Assembly: GCF_006345805.1 (NCBI RefSeq) | Contig: NC_043013.1 | Coordinates: 26,970,001 to 27,034,000, forward strand | Direction of reading: 5' to 3' | Source: Octopus sinensis | Lineage: Eukaryota | DNA: 64,000 nucleotides | Shown here: positions 36,020-50,700 of the stretch, in pieces | Layout of the letters: each line of letters starts with the position of its first letter | How positions within the stretch are numbered: the first letter of the stretch is position 1 | Translations under genes and position numbers: made by a program | Notes under the pieces: model-generated | Seen by the model: the letters and a program-made list of their open reading frames with translations, nothing else | Told to the model about the DNA's origin: nothing | Databases searched by the model: none

Positions 36020-37269
36020 TACAGGAGGATCAGTTAATTATGATTTTATTCAACATATTCCCCTCTCAGATTCACATGCTCATTGCAGCAGTCCTTCAGT
36101 TTTTCTAAACCCTGTAAAAGAACTTGGAAGGTTGGATCTCCAATCAGGCCTTCTGTGATACCCTTAAAGTCAGGAACTTTTCAGTACCCCCTCGTACATA
36201 GGTGCAGGTGTGCCTGTATGATAAGAAGCTTGCTTCCCAACCACATGGTTCCCATTTTAGTCCCACTGCATAGCACCTTGGGCAAATGTCTTCTGCTTTA
36301 GCCTTGGACCAACATAACCCTTGTGGTTGGATTTGGTAGACAGAAATGGAAAGAAGCCTGTCACGTATATATCATCATCATCATCGTTTAATGTCCGTTT
36401 CCCATGCTGACATGAGTTATTTTCTTTTTAGGAAGATAATTGTTATGGCTGATCGTAGATTGACCAGTGGTTTTTGCACCTGTAAAGTGCTTAGCCATAT
36501 AAGTGATTTGTCAGACTCAAATGGCCAAAGGCACATAACTTCTTTATAACTGGAGGAAGAAATATATCATGGGAAATTAGTTTTGTAAACAAAAAATATT
36601 TGCTCATGCAGGAGATGCCACAGACAGGACGGTATTATCCCAATTATATTGTCTATGGCTGTGGTAATATTTGAAGAAGCTGCAGTGGGCTTATTCAATA
36701 AATAGGGAGTTCCAAGCTTGTAGTAGGAAAATTTTAGATGTGAGCATTGACTAAATACTTCTTTCCTGGAGTTTAAAAAGGTCTTCGGAACAATCAAGTT
36801 TTTAGGATCTTTGTTTTCTCTGCCAAACAAAGCTTCCATTTATGCGTGTGTGTGTGTGTGTACACACACACAGGACGTTAAAATATAAACGAAAAATTAT
36901 ACATCTACACATTTTTTATTATTATTACAGTCTTAATACACAGTATATTCTCTTTAAATCTCCATCCAACATGTTTTTGCTGCATGGATATCTTGTTATG
37001 TGTTGTCCATATGCATCCTGTTGGTTTGGCTACAATAAGATTTCATCCTGGTCAAAAATGTATCCATGCAACTCTATTCAAGTTGTTGCCACTTATAGAG
37101 TCTAAAGTTGAGCAGGTAGAATCATTACACATCGGTAAAATGCTTGGTGACATTTCTTTCAGTTCTTTATGTTCTGTGTTCAAATCCTGCTAAGGATAAC
37201 TTGGCCTCTTGTCCCTTCACCATTGTGCACATGTATGAGTGTGTGTATGTGTGTGTGTGCACATGTACA

Positions 37270-38810
37270 GAAGTATATGATAAATGGGTCTTATGGAAAT
37301 GCCAGTCACCTCAGTCCTTTGTGATCTCTACCATGAGGTTCAACATCCTGAAATCAGCCTTCACTATTTTATCTCATGTCTCCTTGGGTCTCCCTCATCC
37401 AATTAAAGTTTCATCCACATTTGGCAATCAGCATTCCTTTTTGCAACTGACATCATCCATATACATCACATGACCTATACCAATGCACACTATATCCAAT
37501 TTTTTTCTCAACACACATGCACTTTCTTGTACATAAACAATGATGTTGCACATCCATCAGAGCACACTAGCTTCATTCCTTGCCAGTCTTTGCACATTCT
37601 CTGTAATTGGGGCCCATGTCATGTAGTCATACATCATATAATCTGCCTTTCACTCTAAGGGGGAGACCGTTTATTACTAAAATATGTAATAACTCTCTGG
37701 AACTTGCTCCACCTGGTTCTTATTCTAGTAACTATACTTTCATATCATCATCCTCCACTGATAATAAGGTCACCTAGTTAACAGAAACTAACTGCTACTT
37801 CTAAAGAACCCCCTGGGCATTTGAGGAAATTTATTTCCAATTTGTTTTTGTCTACTTTCTCAGTTAAACTTCTTGTGATTCAACTGCACCACATGTGTGT
37901 TGACAGCTTGCATTGGGGACACCATATGGAAGTTTTGCCTACACCTTTCCTATACATCAAGCAGGACTATTTTCATAAAGGATTTAAAGATCTGCAAGTT
38001 CCCTTTAATCAGAACCTTAGTTTTTGTTATATTAAATTTAAGGCCCATTGATTCCAGGTTTTTCTGCCACACCTTGAATTTCTTTTCTAATTCTACCACA
38101 GCTTCTGTTATGAGAACTAGCATATAATACTTCATAAGGTCAACCAGTCTTAATTTCCTGTTGTAATCTGGAGAACTATGATGAATAGGAGGTAACTAAA
38201 AACAAAACCCTGATGAACTTTTACTTGTACTTTAAATTCAGTATTATCTCTCACATTATTGACAGTGTCTCCCTATATAACTTGTATGACTCTCACAGAC
38301 CATTCATCTACCAGTTGCTTCTACAGAGACCATCAAAATGAGGAACTCTGTTGATGGCTTTGTCCAAGTCAATGGCTTATTTTATGCTAGGTACTTCCTT
38401 TGTCTTACTAAGAAGGTAGCATCAGTTGTACTTCTCTCTGGCAGAAAACCAAAATTCATGTCATCTATACAAATTCACTTCTTAATTAATTAGTCTGCAA
38501 CACTTTCCATAATGTTTCATACCTGGCCCGGTTATTTGATACCCCTGTAATAACTTTTAAATGAGGCATCTTCTTTACCATTATAACGGTTATATCTTCA
38601 TACATTGGTAGTCCTCCAGCATGGCCACAACCTTAGGACTGAACTGTATAAAAGACTAAAAAAAAATATCCTTAATTGCTTTATCTATCATACTACTGTC
38701 AACTAGGATAGCTTGCGTCTCTGTTGGGTCCATAGAGGAAAGACCATCTTTCTCCCATGCATTTAATAACCTTTCTTAGAAGTACTTCCATGTTTGTTTC
38801 TTTTCACAAT
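37270..38810 (-). mobile_element. Older, highly decayed RTE LINE
   Basis: Minus-strand remnants YYRGIK, NFGFLP, HQGFV, FKVWQKNLESMGLKFNITKTKVL and GRPKET. Confidence 0.8.
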
Positions 38811-38939
38811 CACTAAGTGCAAGTGTGCAAGAAACCAGTATCCATTCAAATACATTTCTCACCTATCTGTATGTACATGCATAGATATGCATATACATTC
38901 ATACACATACACACATATATATATATTTATATATATATA

Positions 38940-39810
38940 CAGGGTGCAATGAATAAATTGTTGTCATTTTATATTTTTAATTTCATGCATGTACATTGTT
39001 TGTTTTTGATTTTGCTGACTACACAGTATAGTAGGGTCAGTTGGGCACTGTCTGTGAGAAAAACAGCACCATGACGCAATTTACTCTGCCAGAAATTTGG
39101 GGACAATATGCTGTACTGCTTGGCATTCATGCCGGAAGTTTCAATACAAATATTTCAGAATGTTTGGGTATCAACCTGAGGACATGTACTAAGAGTGATA
39201 AAAATCAAACATCCAGTCAACATTATGGTGTTTGGAGATCACTAGTGATGGCGATGTTATGCCTCCATTCATCTTCCCACACAGCCTCAGACTCAACACA
39301 GAGGCCTACATCAAGTGCCTGGAGGAAGTAATACTGTCCTGAGTCAAGAGGTTGGCTGCTGGAAAACCCTATGTCTAGCAGCAGGACTCTACACCATGCT
39401 ATACAAGCAAAAGAACCCAGTCATGGCTGTCAGACAACTTTTGTGACGACATCACACCTAACGTCTGGCCACGTAACTCCTCAGACTGCAACCCTCTTGA
39501 TTATTACGTGTGGGGTGCAGTTGAGCGAGAGACCAACAAAACTCCTTATAACACCAAAGATGAACTGAGGGCAAGGATTATGGCAGCATTCACCAACTCA
39601 AACAACGAGACCGTCCAGAAAAGTTGCAAGAGATTCTGAAGTCGTCTGGAGGCTATGGTTGAAACCAATGGTGACTTCATTGAATAAATTTACTCTTTAG
39701 TATTTCAAAAAGGTTTTATGTAATTTTGGTAAATATATCTGTTAAGATGAGATGTCAGTATTATTTTCAATTTTACATAATTTAAACGACAGTTTATTCA
39801 CCACACCCTA
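38940..39810 (+). mobile_element. Internally deleted maT/mori-type (DD37D) Tc1/mariner transposon
   Basis: TA-flanked TIRs CAGGGTGCAATGAATAAATTGTTGT / ACGACAGTTTATTCACCACACCCT. QQD-37 aa-D (..NSSDCNPLDYYVWG), ending NGDFIE*. Confidence 0.88.
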
Positions 39811-40042
39811 TATACATGTGTGTGGTGTGTATTTATGTATATATATATATATATTATATATATATATATGTATATATATATTATTATTATTATAATTAGG
39901 GAAGATCAATTCCAGTGCCACAGGAATGAGACATTCAAATTAAAAATATTAAATTGAATTACTCTCAATAATTAATTCATATATATCAAAATATATCTCT
40001 AACGCTATTTTGATATATATACATATATATATATACATACAT

Positions 40043-40093
<51 letters not shown>

Positions 40094-41275
40094 CATGTAT
40101 ATACAGCTTGGATAACATCAGTAGTGTGGAGCGGGGAGGTTGGCATGCATGGGTGACTGCTGGTCTTCCATAAACAACCTTGCCCAGATTTATGCCTTGG
40201 AGGGTCAATTTCTAGGTGCAATCCTATGGTCATTCATGACCAAAGGGGGGGGTCCCCTCCTCCTATATATACATATACACAGACACACACACATTTATGT
40301 GTGTGTGTGTATGTAACTACACATGGGCTGTTGACAATTTCTTCTTCTCCTTTCCAATGAAGAACTATGCTCAAAATGTTAAACTCTCTCCTTTTACTGA
40401 GCGGTCAAACTAATATATTTCTTGTGCACGTCTTCACATTTGTTTTTCCTTTTTTTTATTTTCTTTTTGAATTGTTTGTTCATTGAATTGACTATATATA
40501 TATATATATATATATATAGCAATAAGAAAATGGAGGAGATCAATAGGTGGTTCATCAACTTTTAGACATTATATTATGTTAACTTATTTATTTATTTACT
40601 AAATAAGTTGACATAATATAATGTCTAAAAGTTGATGAACCACCTATTGATCCCCTCCATTTTATTATTGGTATATAAATTAATGGTAAAATATCTCTTT
40701 ACCTTTACCCATTTAGTACACTAGGTAATGTAATTGCAATGCAATAAAAAACACTTGTGCATTAATAATTGGGTATTCTACACGCCGTATATTGGATAAA
40801 TATTATCCCTTAGTGGGTTGGATTCACAACCTCTAACTTTCTTGGAGTTTTATATATATATATATATCATCATCATCATCATCGTCGTTTAACGTCCGTT
40901 CTCCATGCTAGCATGGGTTGGACGGTTCGACCGGGGTTCTGGGAAGCCAGAAGGCTGCACCAGGCTCCAGTCTAATTTGGCAATGTTTCTACAGCTGGAT
41001 GCCCTTCCTAACGCCAACCACTCCGTGAGTGTAGTGGGTGCTTTTTACGTGCCACCTGCACAGGTGCCAGGTGGGGCTGGCAACGGCCACGGCCAGATTG
41101 GTGTATTTTATGTGCCACCGGCACGGAAGCCAGTCGAGGCGGTGCTGGCATCGGCCACGAGTCGGATAGTGCTTTTTACGTACCACCAGACCAGGGATCC
41201 TGGCTGGTTCAATTCGATTTCGATTTCGCTTGCCCCAACATGTCTTCACAAGCAAAGGGGGTTGGCAAGGGTGCC

Positions 41276-41329
<54 letters not shown>

Positions 41330-42379
41330 GAGGTGCAATGGCCCAGTGGTTAGGGCAGCGGACTCGCGGTCAGAGGATCACAGTTTCGATTCCCAGACTG
41401 GGTGTTGTGTGTGTTTATTGAGCAAAAACACCTAAAGTCCCATGAGGCTCCGGCAGGGGGTGGTGGCGACCCCTGTCATACTCTTTCGCCCCAACTTTCT
41501 CTCACTCTCTCTTCCTGTTTTTTGAGTAACGCTGCGATGGACTGGTGTCCCGTCCAGCTGGGGGGGAACACATACACCATAGAAACCAAGAAACCAGCTC
41601 CATGAGCCTGGCTAGGCTTGAAAAGGGCACATAAATATAAATGAATGATATATATATATATATAGATAGATAGATAGATAGATAGATAGAGAGATAGATA
41701 GTTTGATTCAAATTCGTTGGTACTCTTGAGTTTCAAGCATGATGTTAGTCATCATTTTGAATTTGAATGATAGAAGTTGATTGTTATTATTGTAAGGTGG
41801 GCTGGGATTGGTCGAGGAAGGTCATGCAGTGTCATGGTTTGATGTTGGTATATGGGTAACAGTTAGTTGAAAAATACTGCCTGGTGAACAGGAAACAGAC
41901 CACGTGGCGATAAGGAAATTGGTCAGGTTGTTGGGTGGGGTGTGGAGTAGGAAGGGGTGGCATGTGCAAGTATATAGTTCTATATGCGGGTGTGTAGACA
42001 TGCTCGGGTTTTGCATGCATGTGTGTATTGATGCAAGCATGTGCATCTGTATATGGGCACATATGCACGTGTGCACACACATTTTTGGACAAACATGCAC
42101 ATGAACACACATAGATGCACATACTCACACACACATGCATATTCATTCATATGTACATTTGTATATACACATGCATACCAGCATGTGCACTTGTGCATTG
42201 CACACACACACATGCATGAGTATACATGCACAAAATAAGTATTGGGAATTGGTAAGTGTTGGGGCTTGGTATGAATTGGGGGTTGGTAAACATTGGGGAT
42301 TGGTAATTGGTGGTCCTGCTCATGGGGTTGGTAGGTAGTAGTGACCTTAGTGCAGAGTAGCAGTAGTGCTAAGGTCGTA

Positions 42380-42575
42380 AATCCAGGTTGTTGGCAGCCA
42401 GAGGCCGGAAATTTTCCAGAAGGGCATACCCCTGGTGACAGCAATACGATAAATTGTATTTCTTGTTGATGGATACTGCAGGTTGTTGGAGGATATGCAA
42501 TCTTTTGCAGAAGCTGTGCTGGATGAATATGGTGGCACTCTGTCAACAATAGTCCACTTGATGCTGGATATTTCA
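42380..42575 (-). mobile_element. Penelope-like element protein C-terminal remnant (end of GIY-YIG region)
   Basis: SIKWTIVDRVPPYSSS, then after a frameshift KRLHILQQPAVSINKKYNLSYCCHQGYALLENF. This resembles the PLE pattern IKWSI..A.PY...C.LC..EK.HIL...LNKR..L.S.CRH...FLL. Confidence 0.5.
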
Positions 42576-43359
42576 TATGTACACACACACACACATGTAT
42601 ATATATATATATACACACGTACACATACATAGTTCACTGTATCAACCAGACTATCGATTGTTGTTATACACTGCTAGTCACAATGCACTTCCTTGCATTG
42701 TTGTGACTTTCAAGTGATGGAACTCCATAGGCTAAGCAGACACGCCTATGATGTATAATTGACTGAAATCACAACATTCCTCATAAATGCGATACCAGTC
42801 CATTGCAGCATAATTTGTATACAGCTGAGTGGACTGGGGCAATGTGAAATGAAGTGTCTTGTTCAACAACACACTGCATCACTTAGTCTGGGAATCAAAA
42901 CCACCAAGCTACACACTTTCATACACACACACAAAGTGTATTCCCACAGCCATATTGTTAACATTTATAATCAGTGTCTCTATGTTCCTTCTAATTCAGT
43001 ATATACATTGCTCACTCTTAGCCTGTCAGTTGGACATATGCTTGGCTAAGGAGGTCTAATAAGACCGAAACTTATCAGTTGCTTTTTACAGCTCCAACCT
43101 CCATTGATCATATTGTTTAAATATTTCAATCAGCTGAGCTTATGGGAATTATCTCCCTTGTTTGTTGCCTTAAAGCATCCCTTAGGGTTTTTTTTTCTTT
43201 TAATTAATTGCTTGTGTATCTCTTTCTCAATATGTTGTATTACCTAAGAGAAATCTTACTGTGTATTTTGTTTTTGTTAGCATAATGTTCCTTCAGGTAT
43301 TTTCCTTAGCCATACTGTATGCCCTGTAATTTTTTTTTAGATATGTGTCTCCCTTTGTC

Positions 43360-43500
43360 ATTCCAAGCACTTCCATTTCTTACGGAGATTGTTCCAGCTT
43401 TTCAACCCGAACATTCACAATATCTCGTATCTCCAGGAGTCCTTTTCCCCTTTCTTCTCTGATCGTAAATGCTTTTTTCTTTCTTTAGCATAAAAATGAA
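43360..43500 (-). mobile_element. Possible very old R4/Dong-like RT-thumb fragment
   Basis: FTIREERGKGLLEIRDIVN resembles the LY.PR.EGGRGL motif. Confidence 0.3.
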
Positions 43501-44331
43501 GACATTGTGTATTAAGATTGCCAATCCTCTCATCCAAACAATTCTTTTATAATATAACTATCTATATATTACATAAAATACACGCACAACACACGTATGT
43601 GATTTTATATGATATATAGACAAATGGATATGAAAAGACAGACAGAAAGATGGATATGGCGTCAATCTCTAAGTATATTAACAGTATAAACTACTCCGCC
43701 AATTTCTTGCTTTTATTGTTATTCGAAGCTTTCTCTGCTCCCGCCAAAACTACATTCGACAAGACGCGCACGCACACACACAAAGGATTTAGTCAGAACA
43801 TTAGTCCACACACACACGCACGCATAAACTAGTAGCATTAAATCAGTGAGAATTGTTGAAATTTTAATTCTCTTCCAGAAGGGTTAAAAAGCTTCAACAA
43901 TCGTTTACACAAACATTCGTTGCAAATGTTGATTGTATTGAACTGATAAAGTACATGTACACACACATTTATTATAAACATACACAAATACATGTGTGCG
44001 TATGCGCACGTGTATGTATTGATAGTTTTGTGGAGTTTAAAATAGAAGTGTATGATAGAGAAGGGAGAGGGAGAGAGAGAGAGGGGGGTGAGAGGAGATG
44101 GAAGAGAGAAGGCTTGTGGAAAGGAGAGTGAGAAAGACAGTGGGCAAAGGAGAGAAAGAAAAATAGTCAGGGAAGGAGGAAGAAAGGAAGACAAAGTAAG
44201 GGAGGAAGAAGAGAGAAAGAGAAATAGTGAACGAAAGAGCTGGGAGAGTAAAAGAGGAGTAGGGAAGAAGGAAGAGAGATAGTAAGACAGAAAGAGAAAG
44301 AGATTGTGAGGGAGGGAGAAAAGGTGCTGTG

Positions 44332-44341
44332 GTGACGTCAC
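44332..44341. promoter_or_regulatory. Palindromic CRE/ATF site
   Basis: GTGACGTCAC lies directly after a 270-bp purine-rich tract, in a TE-poor region. Confidence 0.45.
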
Positions 44342-45033
44342 ACCTTCCAGCAGCAGCAGCAGCAGTGGCTACAAGCGCTCAACTTAAAATTGTACAAAAT
44401 CATCATTACATACATATATAGAAAAGAATTTTTACACACACATACATGCATAGAAAATGTAGTTTTATTACTTTTACACACTTTCACTTTAATAATTCCC
44501 TTGTTTCATGCTCAAATAACTGCCACCATAACTGTTCTTTCTCATCACCAGTAACAACAGCAACACACGCGCGCATATTTATAAACGAAACAAAACAAGT
44601 CGAAAGCCAAAAATACAAAGAAAACTATCACACACACACACACATGAGACTTAAAGCAAAATCAATAAATGAAAAGAAAAAAAATATAAAGACCACTCGA
44701 TCTTTCTCCTACTCGTTTACTCCTGTTTTTCTTATTTTATTACTGTCTCTTTCTTTGTTTTCTTTCTTTTATTAATTCTGTCATCTAACTCAGCCCCGAT
44801 CCTTTTCTGCCTGTTTAAAGAGTAATTCCATTCTGGTTGGTACCACCCGAAAAACGTTTATATTTCAGCCTTCCAGCGACAGCACCACTTCCAAGATTAA
44901 AACAGGGCTCTTCTAAAATAAATAAATAATGACCCTTACACATCAGCTACTGCTACCGCTGTCATTGGATCTCTAAGCATTATGATATTTTATATGCGTT
45001 CTGATGGTTACACACATATATATATATATATAT

Positions 45034-45442
45034 AATTGGCACAGGGCCTCCGAGATAAGTAGGAAAGCGGAATGAAGGTATACTCAAACCAAAGATCTGG
45101 CCCTAATGCTCTCATACATAAACGATCTTAGTTCAAATCCTGTTGGGGTCAACTTTGTTTCATCTCTTTCGGTGTATAATAAAACAGTACAATCTTGGTG
45201 TCCTGGACAGTGCATGGGCTCTGATGGAACTAAGAACGTCGAACTGGTTGCTTTGTGGTATTTGCTTCGGCGCCTTGCGTTCTGTGTTCGAATTCCGTCG
45301 TGGCTAACTTAGGTAGTGTACTTAATCCGTCACCCTGTCTTAAATAATCAACTCTGTTGCGAGCATTAGGGTCAGGTCTTTAGTTTGAGTATATCTTTAT
45401 TCCGTCGTCCAACTAATTAATCAAGGAGGCCCTGTGCCAATT
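45034..45442. mobile_element. MITE-like or fold-back element with ~80-bp imperfect terminal inverted repeats, enclosing SINE debris
   Basis: AATTGGCACAGGGCCTCC..TACTCAAAC..CCCTAATGCTC / GAGCATTAGGG..GTTTGAGTA..GGAGGCCCTGTGCCAATT, flanked by (TA)n. Confidence 0.75.
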
Positions 45443-46780
45443 ATATATATAAATATAACTTTTGAGTAGATATTTTGGAAAAACACAATGCACTACATCC
45501 CTTCTTACTCTCCCCATCACAAATTTCGGGTTATTCTAAATAAGCGTAAGGAGCACTTAATACGTCTCAAAGTTTTTTGGGTGCTGCTTTTTCATTGTTT
45601 CAATTTGAAATCTTAAAAAAGGACAACAGCAAAAACCCTGTGTTTTGTATTTTTAAAAATATCGCAAACAATAACGTGTCTGCAGGGTAATTTGCATTTG
45701 TCATTCATATTTGAAGCTAAGAAGGGTTCCTTCTTCCGTTTCCCGAGTTTCATTCAAAAAGTTGCTTAAAATTTTGCTATTCCTTTATATATATACACAT
45801 ATATCATCACAATAATATATATATATATTCCTCTTGCTATTCTATTCCTTTTAACCGAGAGTCCGCCGTCATCGTATCCTCGTCCCACAAAACTGATTAA
45901 GCTTGACTGATCAAATTGGCTCCTTGTCGAAGAAAGGGAATCGTTTTCTTCTACCACTCAACATTCTCAACACACTAACAAACATCTCTACCCCATCCAA
46001 CCACCACAATTAGTGTCAGCTCTTTCCAACCCCAACTCTCAACTATGATCCTACTAAAGGTCTTGACTCTTTATTTTAAGATGTCCCCTTCTCTCCATAC
46101 ATTTTATATTGAGTGGGATCCACTATGGAGTAGAATAAACTGCAGCGTATTTACAAGTCTTTCCTGTTTTTCCTTTGTGCGTGCCTTGCTTTTTGTTTGT
46201 CCTTATGATCGACACAATCATATCGAAAGCGTGAAATAAGTTACATGGGCAGTTTAAAATGTGTTTGTGTATGTTTAAGTATATATGTACGCGTGCGTAG
46301 TTTTATCCAGATTAAAATTATTGTCTACACACACACAACTACCAGTGCCAGCTTTATGTCTTTTAACTATATTACCTCTGTGATATATAAATAAATATTT
46401 AGATAGATAGACACACACTACATCCGTTATTTATCTGTTGTGGCAGCATGTAGTGGGTTCTCTCTCTCTATCATACATACACACACTCTCTGTATCTCCC
46501 TACACTCTCTCTTTCACTTTTAGTACCGTCACCACCACCACAACTATCATCGTCACTAAGCAGCAGGAGAACCGGCTTCGCCACCACCACCATCACTACC
46601 ATCATCATCACAATAATAATACAGGCTTTATTGACCATTATTTCTCCTTTTTCTTCTCGCTCTTTCAGCCGTTTATCTCCGACATATTTATTCGTACTTT
46701 AGCTTTAGTAGCTCGTGTAAGTTTTTCTGCAGCGCTAACCAACTCTGAGTGGTTTTCTTGTCCTACCAGAGGGGACGCCC

Positions 46781-46789
46781 AAGGTAAGT
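46781..46789 (+). promoter_or_regulatory. Consensus 5' splice donor of a putative non-coding first exon
   Basis: AAG|GTAAGT is a perfect donor ending a CpG-retaining unique segment. Confidence 0.45.
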
Positions 46790-47571
46790 CCCAGAAAAAT
46801 TCGAACAAACTTTCGCTACCAAAACCAATCAAACAAAAACAAAACATTTCTTTGGAAGGACTTTACGTACAATATGACATTTTTCTCTCCCTCTCTCGTT
46901 CTTTCTTCCTTCCGTCCTTGTAGTTAAATTCGTTTTAATTGACAGATATTGCTGGCTGTGTATTATATATATATATACATTTATTTTTCTGTTCATCAAC
47001 CCCAGGCATTATCAGTCAATTCACTTTTAAACCGGATCGTCAAGGACACAATTCTACTTTGTTATTTATTCATCTTCTCCAACTTCATTTTGACTTTTCT
47101 TCTCAACGTACGAAGAAGGTAAAGAAACAATAAAACAAATATAACAGAATACAGTAAATAACAAAAATAAATTGCGACATATATCTAAAACTATTCTAGA
47201 AGTATTCTTCATTAGCTATCATTAAACTTAGTAACTTAATTCATCTAAAATACTTCAAATATAAACAGATGTATATCATTTTATGTGGCATTCATTATTG
47301 ACTGTTTTCCATCTTAGATATACAATTGTCCCTTAGGGATCACATCCTTTCATTTGTATTATTATTGTTTATGATATAACCCTTATCCAAAAATTTGCTG
47401 TAGCACTCAACTTTGGTTTGTTTCGAATCCAGAAACTTGCAAGTAAAGGACGAAAGAAATTTATAAAATAAATAAGGATGATGAGAGAAGCAATGCAATA
47501 AAGGTTGTTGTTGTTGTTGATCTTTGGTTAATTTAATTTTCTGATTTGCTCACGAGTTGTGATTTCTCGAT

Positions 47572-47720
47572 TATAAAAGGTGTTGTGTGAGAAGGAAATA
47601 TTGATCTGTTGGGTGTGGATGTCGAGTGAGAGATAAACGAATTTAATCTAAGAAACAAAACATCACAACCACACACAGTATTGGCTCCTCTTGTTGTCAA
47701 CTTCAGGCAGAGAAGTAAGT
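47572..47720 (+). promoter_or_regulatory. Possible alternative first exon: TATA box to splice donor
   Basis: TATAAAA at ~47572 and GAA|GTAAGT at 47712-47720. Confidence 0.3.
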
Positions 47721-50700
47721 TTTCTTTTTGGCTTTTTCACTTTATATTGAAGTTTCTTTCTCTCTCTCTCTCTTCGTATATGTGTGTGTGTATAAATAAA
47801 TATATATTTGATAAACTTATTTTACTAATAAATATCAAGCTGAGGAAATGTTTTGAGTTTCCTCTTGTGTTCTTTGAACTTTCTATCTTTAACATTCCTT
47901 GGTTTCATGTTGAGACAACTGTTTATCTTTTGTCCATCGTTTGTGAGCTTTCTTCTCTTACATTTCGAGGAGGATGTTTCAATTCCCTGTTTACGTTTCT
48001 TTTTTTCGTTTTTGTTTATACTCATAAAAGCTTGAGCGTGTATGTACACACACACACATATATATATACACATATACACAACCATGCTCTCGTCTTTCTC
48101 TTGTTGACACCTGTCTCACAACACAACAGACACACGTGGAACATAAACAGTTACTACTACTACCAGATGCTTTTTAAAGTTATCGGGTCCCCACCAGGTA
48201 ATTTATATAATTTACTTCATATCTGAAACCTTTATCCCTAACAAAAGCCATAATATAAGGGCCTTCAAATAACTGTCATTTGAATTATTAAAACAGGAAT
48301 GAGCCTCCAATTATTGCTTTGTGTTCGTTCGTACATGTGCGTCGCTTTGCCTGGGATTTTTTCGGAATCAACTGATGAGAAATTCTCTTAAACCAGCCGT
48401 TTATTCGTTGTAATTGGTAATTAAATTAATTTGGGGCTATTTTGGTATTCTTACTTATGTGAAATAATATTTAAACACTTCTAACTTGGAAGCGAGTTGC
48501 TTTTATTGTTCATTCACTTAGTCATCTGTAATCCATTAGCAGTTTTTAATATACCTGACTGATATTTCCTCGCTTCTTTGCCTCCTAGCACTGCACTGAA
48601 ATTTGATAGGATTTTTTTGTACTTCTACAAATGAAAAGCCAAAAATTCACATTTATACAAGTTAGATTGGTCAGTTTGTTCGGTAAATAATCATTGGTTT
48701 GGTCAAGGAAATACACTCAGTTTGTAAACATCCTCTTTGGGAATATCTTGTTAAATGGTTATTTAGAAAGTTGTGTTTTTCACCAGGAAATAAAATCAAA
48801 TAATAGAATAAAAAATATGACATGTATAAAATAAAATGTCCTTCACCTTGTTATCAGAATAAAAAGAAAAAATGCTATAAAATAGCTCTTGTGTTTAATT
48901 ATTATCATGTGTGGGTGCGTTAGGAATGAATGGATGGATAAGCTTTCTGTCAAATTAGAAATTATCTGAAAAACCATTATTACCATTAGAATATTTCTGT
49001 GAGTGGTGGCTTAAAGCTATTTTCAGTTGGTATTGTGCTTTCTTCCTTTATTTATCCTTCTTTCTATTTCTATATCTCTCTTCCCTTTTCATATTCAAAA
49101 CACATTTTCAATTAGCCTGTAATTAATTCTGTCCATAGTTGCTTCTCATACAAGCACCACAATCAAATGGAGATGTTTGCTTTTTTTTTTTTTTTGGTTT
49201 TTTCCTTTTTCCATTTCGTTGGAGTAAAAAAAAAAAAAAATTATTTAAAAGCCGAGTAAAATTAGACAGAGAGGAGAGAGAGTAAGTGAGAAGGAAGGAA
49301 AAATAAATGAGAAAGAGGGAGTAAATTTGATATCTTTAACTGTCAGAACAAATGTAGTAGAACCTTCCATTTTGGCGCTGTCAACTCCCCAGCACACTTT
49401 CAATAACAAGCATCTTTTTGTAAGCTGACTGGTATGAAACAATTTATTTTTTTCTCTCATTTCTATAATTTTCTTCCTTTCCAAATGTCTTTGTGTACGT
49501 GTGTATGTATATGAATGAATGTATGTGTGTGTGTGTGTTGTATGTTCGAACAGTTGGCTAGCATCTTCATTCTTTCTTCCTCCAGCAACTGTCAATTTTC
49601 CTCGCATTCAATCCATCTATTCCAAAGAGTATAATCAATGTTCTCGGCCCTTCTACTGTTTTCCATATCTAGGTTAACAGATATCGGAGTCATATCTAAG
49701 ATAATGTCTGCCGCATTTTTGTGAACAGGGAGTTAGTTGGCAGCGATGATGATGAGAGTGTGCCAGTGTTTCCAATATGAAGAAGATAGACGGGTCGTAA
49801 TCATGACTTCCTCGATTACCTCCCCCTTCCTACTCTGTCACCAACTTGAACAGCTTCTCTTTCACTCTCAACCACTCCTCTCTCTCTCTCTCTTTTCTCA
49901 CTCTCTCTCTCTCTTAGTTCCTTTCCTTATCTCTTTCTTTCAAGAAGTTACTATTCTTTATTATTTCCTTTCATGTATTTTTCCTTTTTGTAGGGGTTCA
50001 ATTATAACCCCTAGATTATTTAAAATTATGAATAATAACACAGCAGATGTTAATAATAGAATCAAGCGTTAACAAAATTCTCTTTTGTTACAAAAAAATC
50101 TGGTTTTTACCTAGCTGATTAAAAAATTTTTCCATTTTTTTCTTTGACTAACGAAAATAATAATATTTCTTTATGGTATAAAATATCTTGTGACTCCTTA
50201 ATATCTTGCACAATATATTCATTATACTTTTATCTATGAGAGCATTGTTCTTTTCTCATCCGTTTCTTCATACATTGTATAAGAAACTTGCTTAACTACA
50301 CTTAAAAGCATAATTAGAATGGTATGAAGTTTGTGTGTCTACGTTTTCATAAATTAGGTTTGTTCTTAGTTATTACTTTCCCCTCTTCTAACCCAATATA
50401 ATTGTAACCTAATGCCTTAAATCTGGGATGTGAACTGAATGTGAATAAGTAAGGAGTCACTTTACAAGTTTTCTGTATATGAAAATTACAAAAATAATAT
50501 TAGTAGATAAAATAGAATTAAAAAAAGACAAAAGAAAATCTTCATTAGGAAAAAGAAAGTGATTGACTATTTATGAAACCTTTAGAAGAAATACTTGAAG
50601 AATTATTTCTTTTGCTAAGATTGCTTCTCCACTTTTTCAAAAAATTGTTAGCTTCTTTTAATGCCATCACACACAACAGACTAACTTTTTGCTAAGGTCT

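Larger units (their letters stand above)
35427..36194. mobile_element. Mariner MITE interrupted by a fold-back insertion
   Basis: Both TIRs and TA flanks are present. The host sequence resumes after the duplicated TACAGGAGGATCA. Confidence 0.85.

Noticed and set aside
43838-44341. 167-aa Leu/Ser-rich ORF (-) and 76-aa Glu/Arg-rich ORF (+)
   Set aside because: Low-complexity GA/CT tract with no domain signal.
49590-50072. Coding exon in unique sequence (ORF 49737-50072 and a 69-codon minus-strand frame)
   Set aside because: No recognisable domain or consistent splice sites. It may be UTR or regulatory sequence.
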